From the NCBI GenBank assembly GCA_030614715.1, contig JAUWTM010000001.1:29661-93660 (forward strand): 64,000 bases of DNA. Direction: 5' to 3'. The position numbers and the translations under genes are program-made. Shown here piece by piece: positions 63,421-64,000 of this stretch. The notes beneath the pieces are model-generated. The model saw only the letters and a program-made list of their open reading frames with translations, was not told the DNA's origin and ran no database searches. Source of the DNA: Planctomycetota bacterium (GTDB lineage Bacteria; JAJVIF01; JAPKYR01). Positions within the stretch are counted from its first letter, which is position 1; each line of letters starts with the position of its first letter.

Positions 63421-64000
63421 ATGACAAAAGTTTTGGAGTCGGGCTATATCATACTTGAAGACGGTCGATTATTTCCCGGCCGGTTATACGGATATCTATC
63501 ACAAACCTCCCCATCAATCGGGGAGGTTGTTTTTAATACGGCTATGAGCGGTTACCAGGAGGTTCTCTACGATCCATCATACTGGGGACAGGTAGTTGTA
63601 ATGACAGCCGCTCACATCGGTAACACCGGGATTAACAAAACCGACGATGAATCGGACCGCGTTTACCCGACTGGTTTCGCTGCACGGTCCTTCGAGGAGC
63701 CATCGAATTGGCGTTCCGAGGGTTCACTCTCTGAACACCTGGTGAAAAATCATACACCCGCAATCGAGGACCTCGATACTCGTGCGATCACTCGTCACCT
63801 CCGCTCCATTGGGAGCATGCGCGGTGGTATCTTTGCCGATTCAACACCACGTCACAAGGCACTGGACCTGGTACTCGCACATCCACCGATGGCCGGCCTC
63901 GACGGTGCCAGCAGGGTCACCTGCTCCGAGGCTTACGATTGGGATTCCGGCAGCGAAGCTCGCTGGCTCGGGAGTACGGAGTTCTCTACTAATGACAGTC
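63421..64000 (+). CDS. carA: Carbamoyl-phosphate synthase small subunit, N-terminal 193 codons (runs off the right edge)
   Basis: Not in the ORF track because it has no stop. Hand translation gives MTKVLESGYIILEDGRLFPG...GEVVFNTAMSGYQEVLYDPSYWGQVVVMTAAHIGNTGINKTDDES...PSNWRSEGSLSEHL...DLDTRAITRHLRSIGSMRG. This matches the conserved CarA N-terminal domain. Confidence 0.85.
   Translation, partial: MTKVLESGYIILEDGRLFPGRLYGYLSQTSPSIGEVVFNTAMSGYQEVLYDPSYWGQVVVMTAAHIGNTGINKTDDESDRVYPTGFAARSFEEPSNWRSEGSLSEHLVKNHTPAIEDLDTRAITRHLRSIGSMRGGIFADSTPRHKALDLVLAHPPMAGLDGASRVTCSEAYDWDSGSEARWLGSTEFSTNDS

Overview
64-kb window from an unidentified, probably uncultivated bacterium, roughly 50-55% GC by eye. I saw no rRNA, tRNA or CRISPR array. 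There are four main components. (1) Seven paralogous secreted lipoproteins cover about 26% of the window. They share a ~350-aa N-terminal module that I cannot assign to a known family, fused to different C-terminal domains: LVIVD-type propeller, SBBP-type propeller, other repeats, or nothing. (2) Directly downstream of the module-only paralog lies a polymorphic-toxin-like cassette. It has a 419-aa ORF with an AT-rich C-terminal tip, an AT-rich 212-aa immunity-like ORF, and a truncated orphan ORF that repeats ~230 bp of the 419-aa gene. (3) A 14-kb co-directional phage-like head/tail cluster (portal, protease/scaffold, DUF2190-like, capsid, connectors, large tail proteins) has no recognisable terminase, integrase, tape measure or endolysin. 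It carries unusual structured repeats. (4) Ordinary chromosomal genes: two aldehyde dehydrogenases, a giant TPR protein with a degenerate J-domain, a PAS/GAF hybrid histidine kinase, folP, a GNAT, an ICMT-like membrane methyltransferase, an Orn/DAP/Arg-type decarboxylase, a vWA protein, folD, a MarR regulator, tldD-pmbA, a DUF302 protein and carA (partial). Two edge-truncated genes (1..2245 minus, 63421..64000 plus) are missing from the ORF track and were found by hand translation. All functional calls rest on motif recognition by eye; no database search was run.
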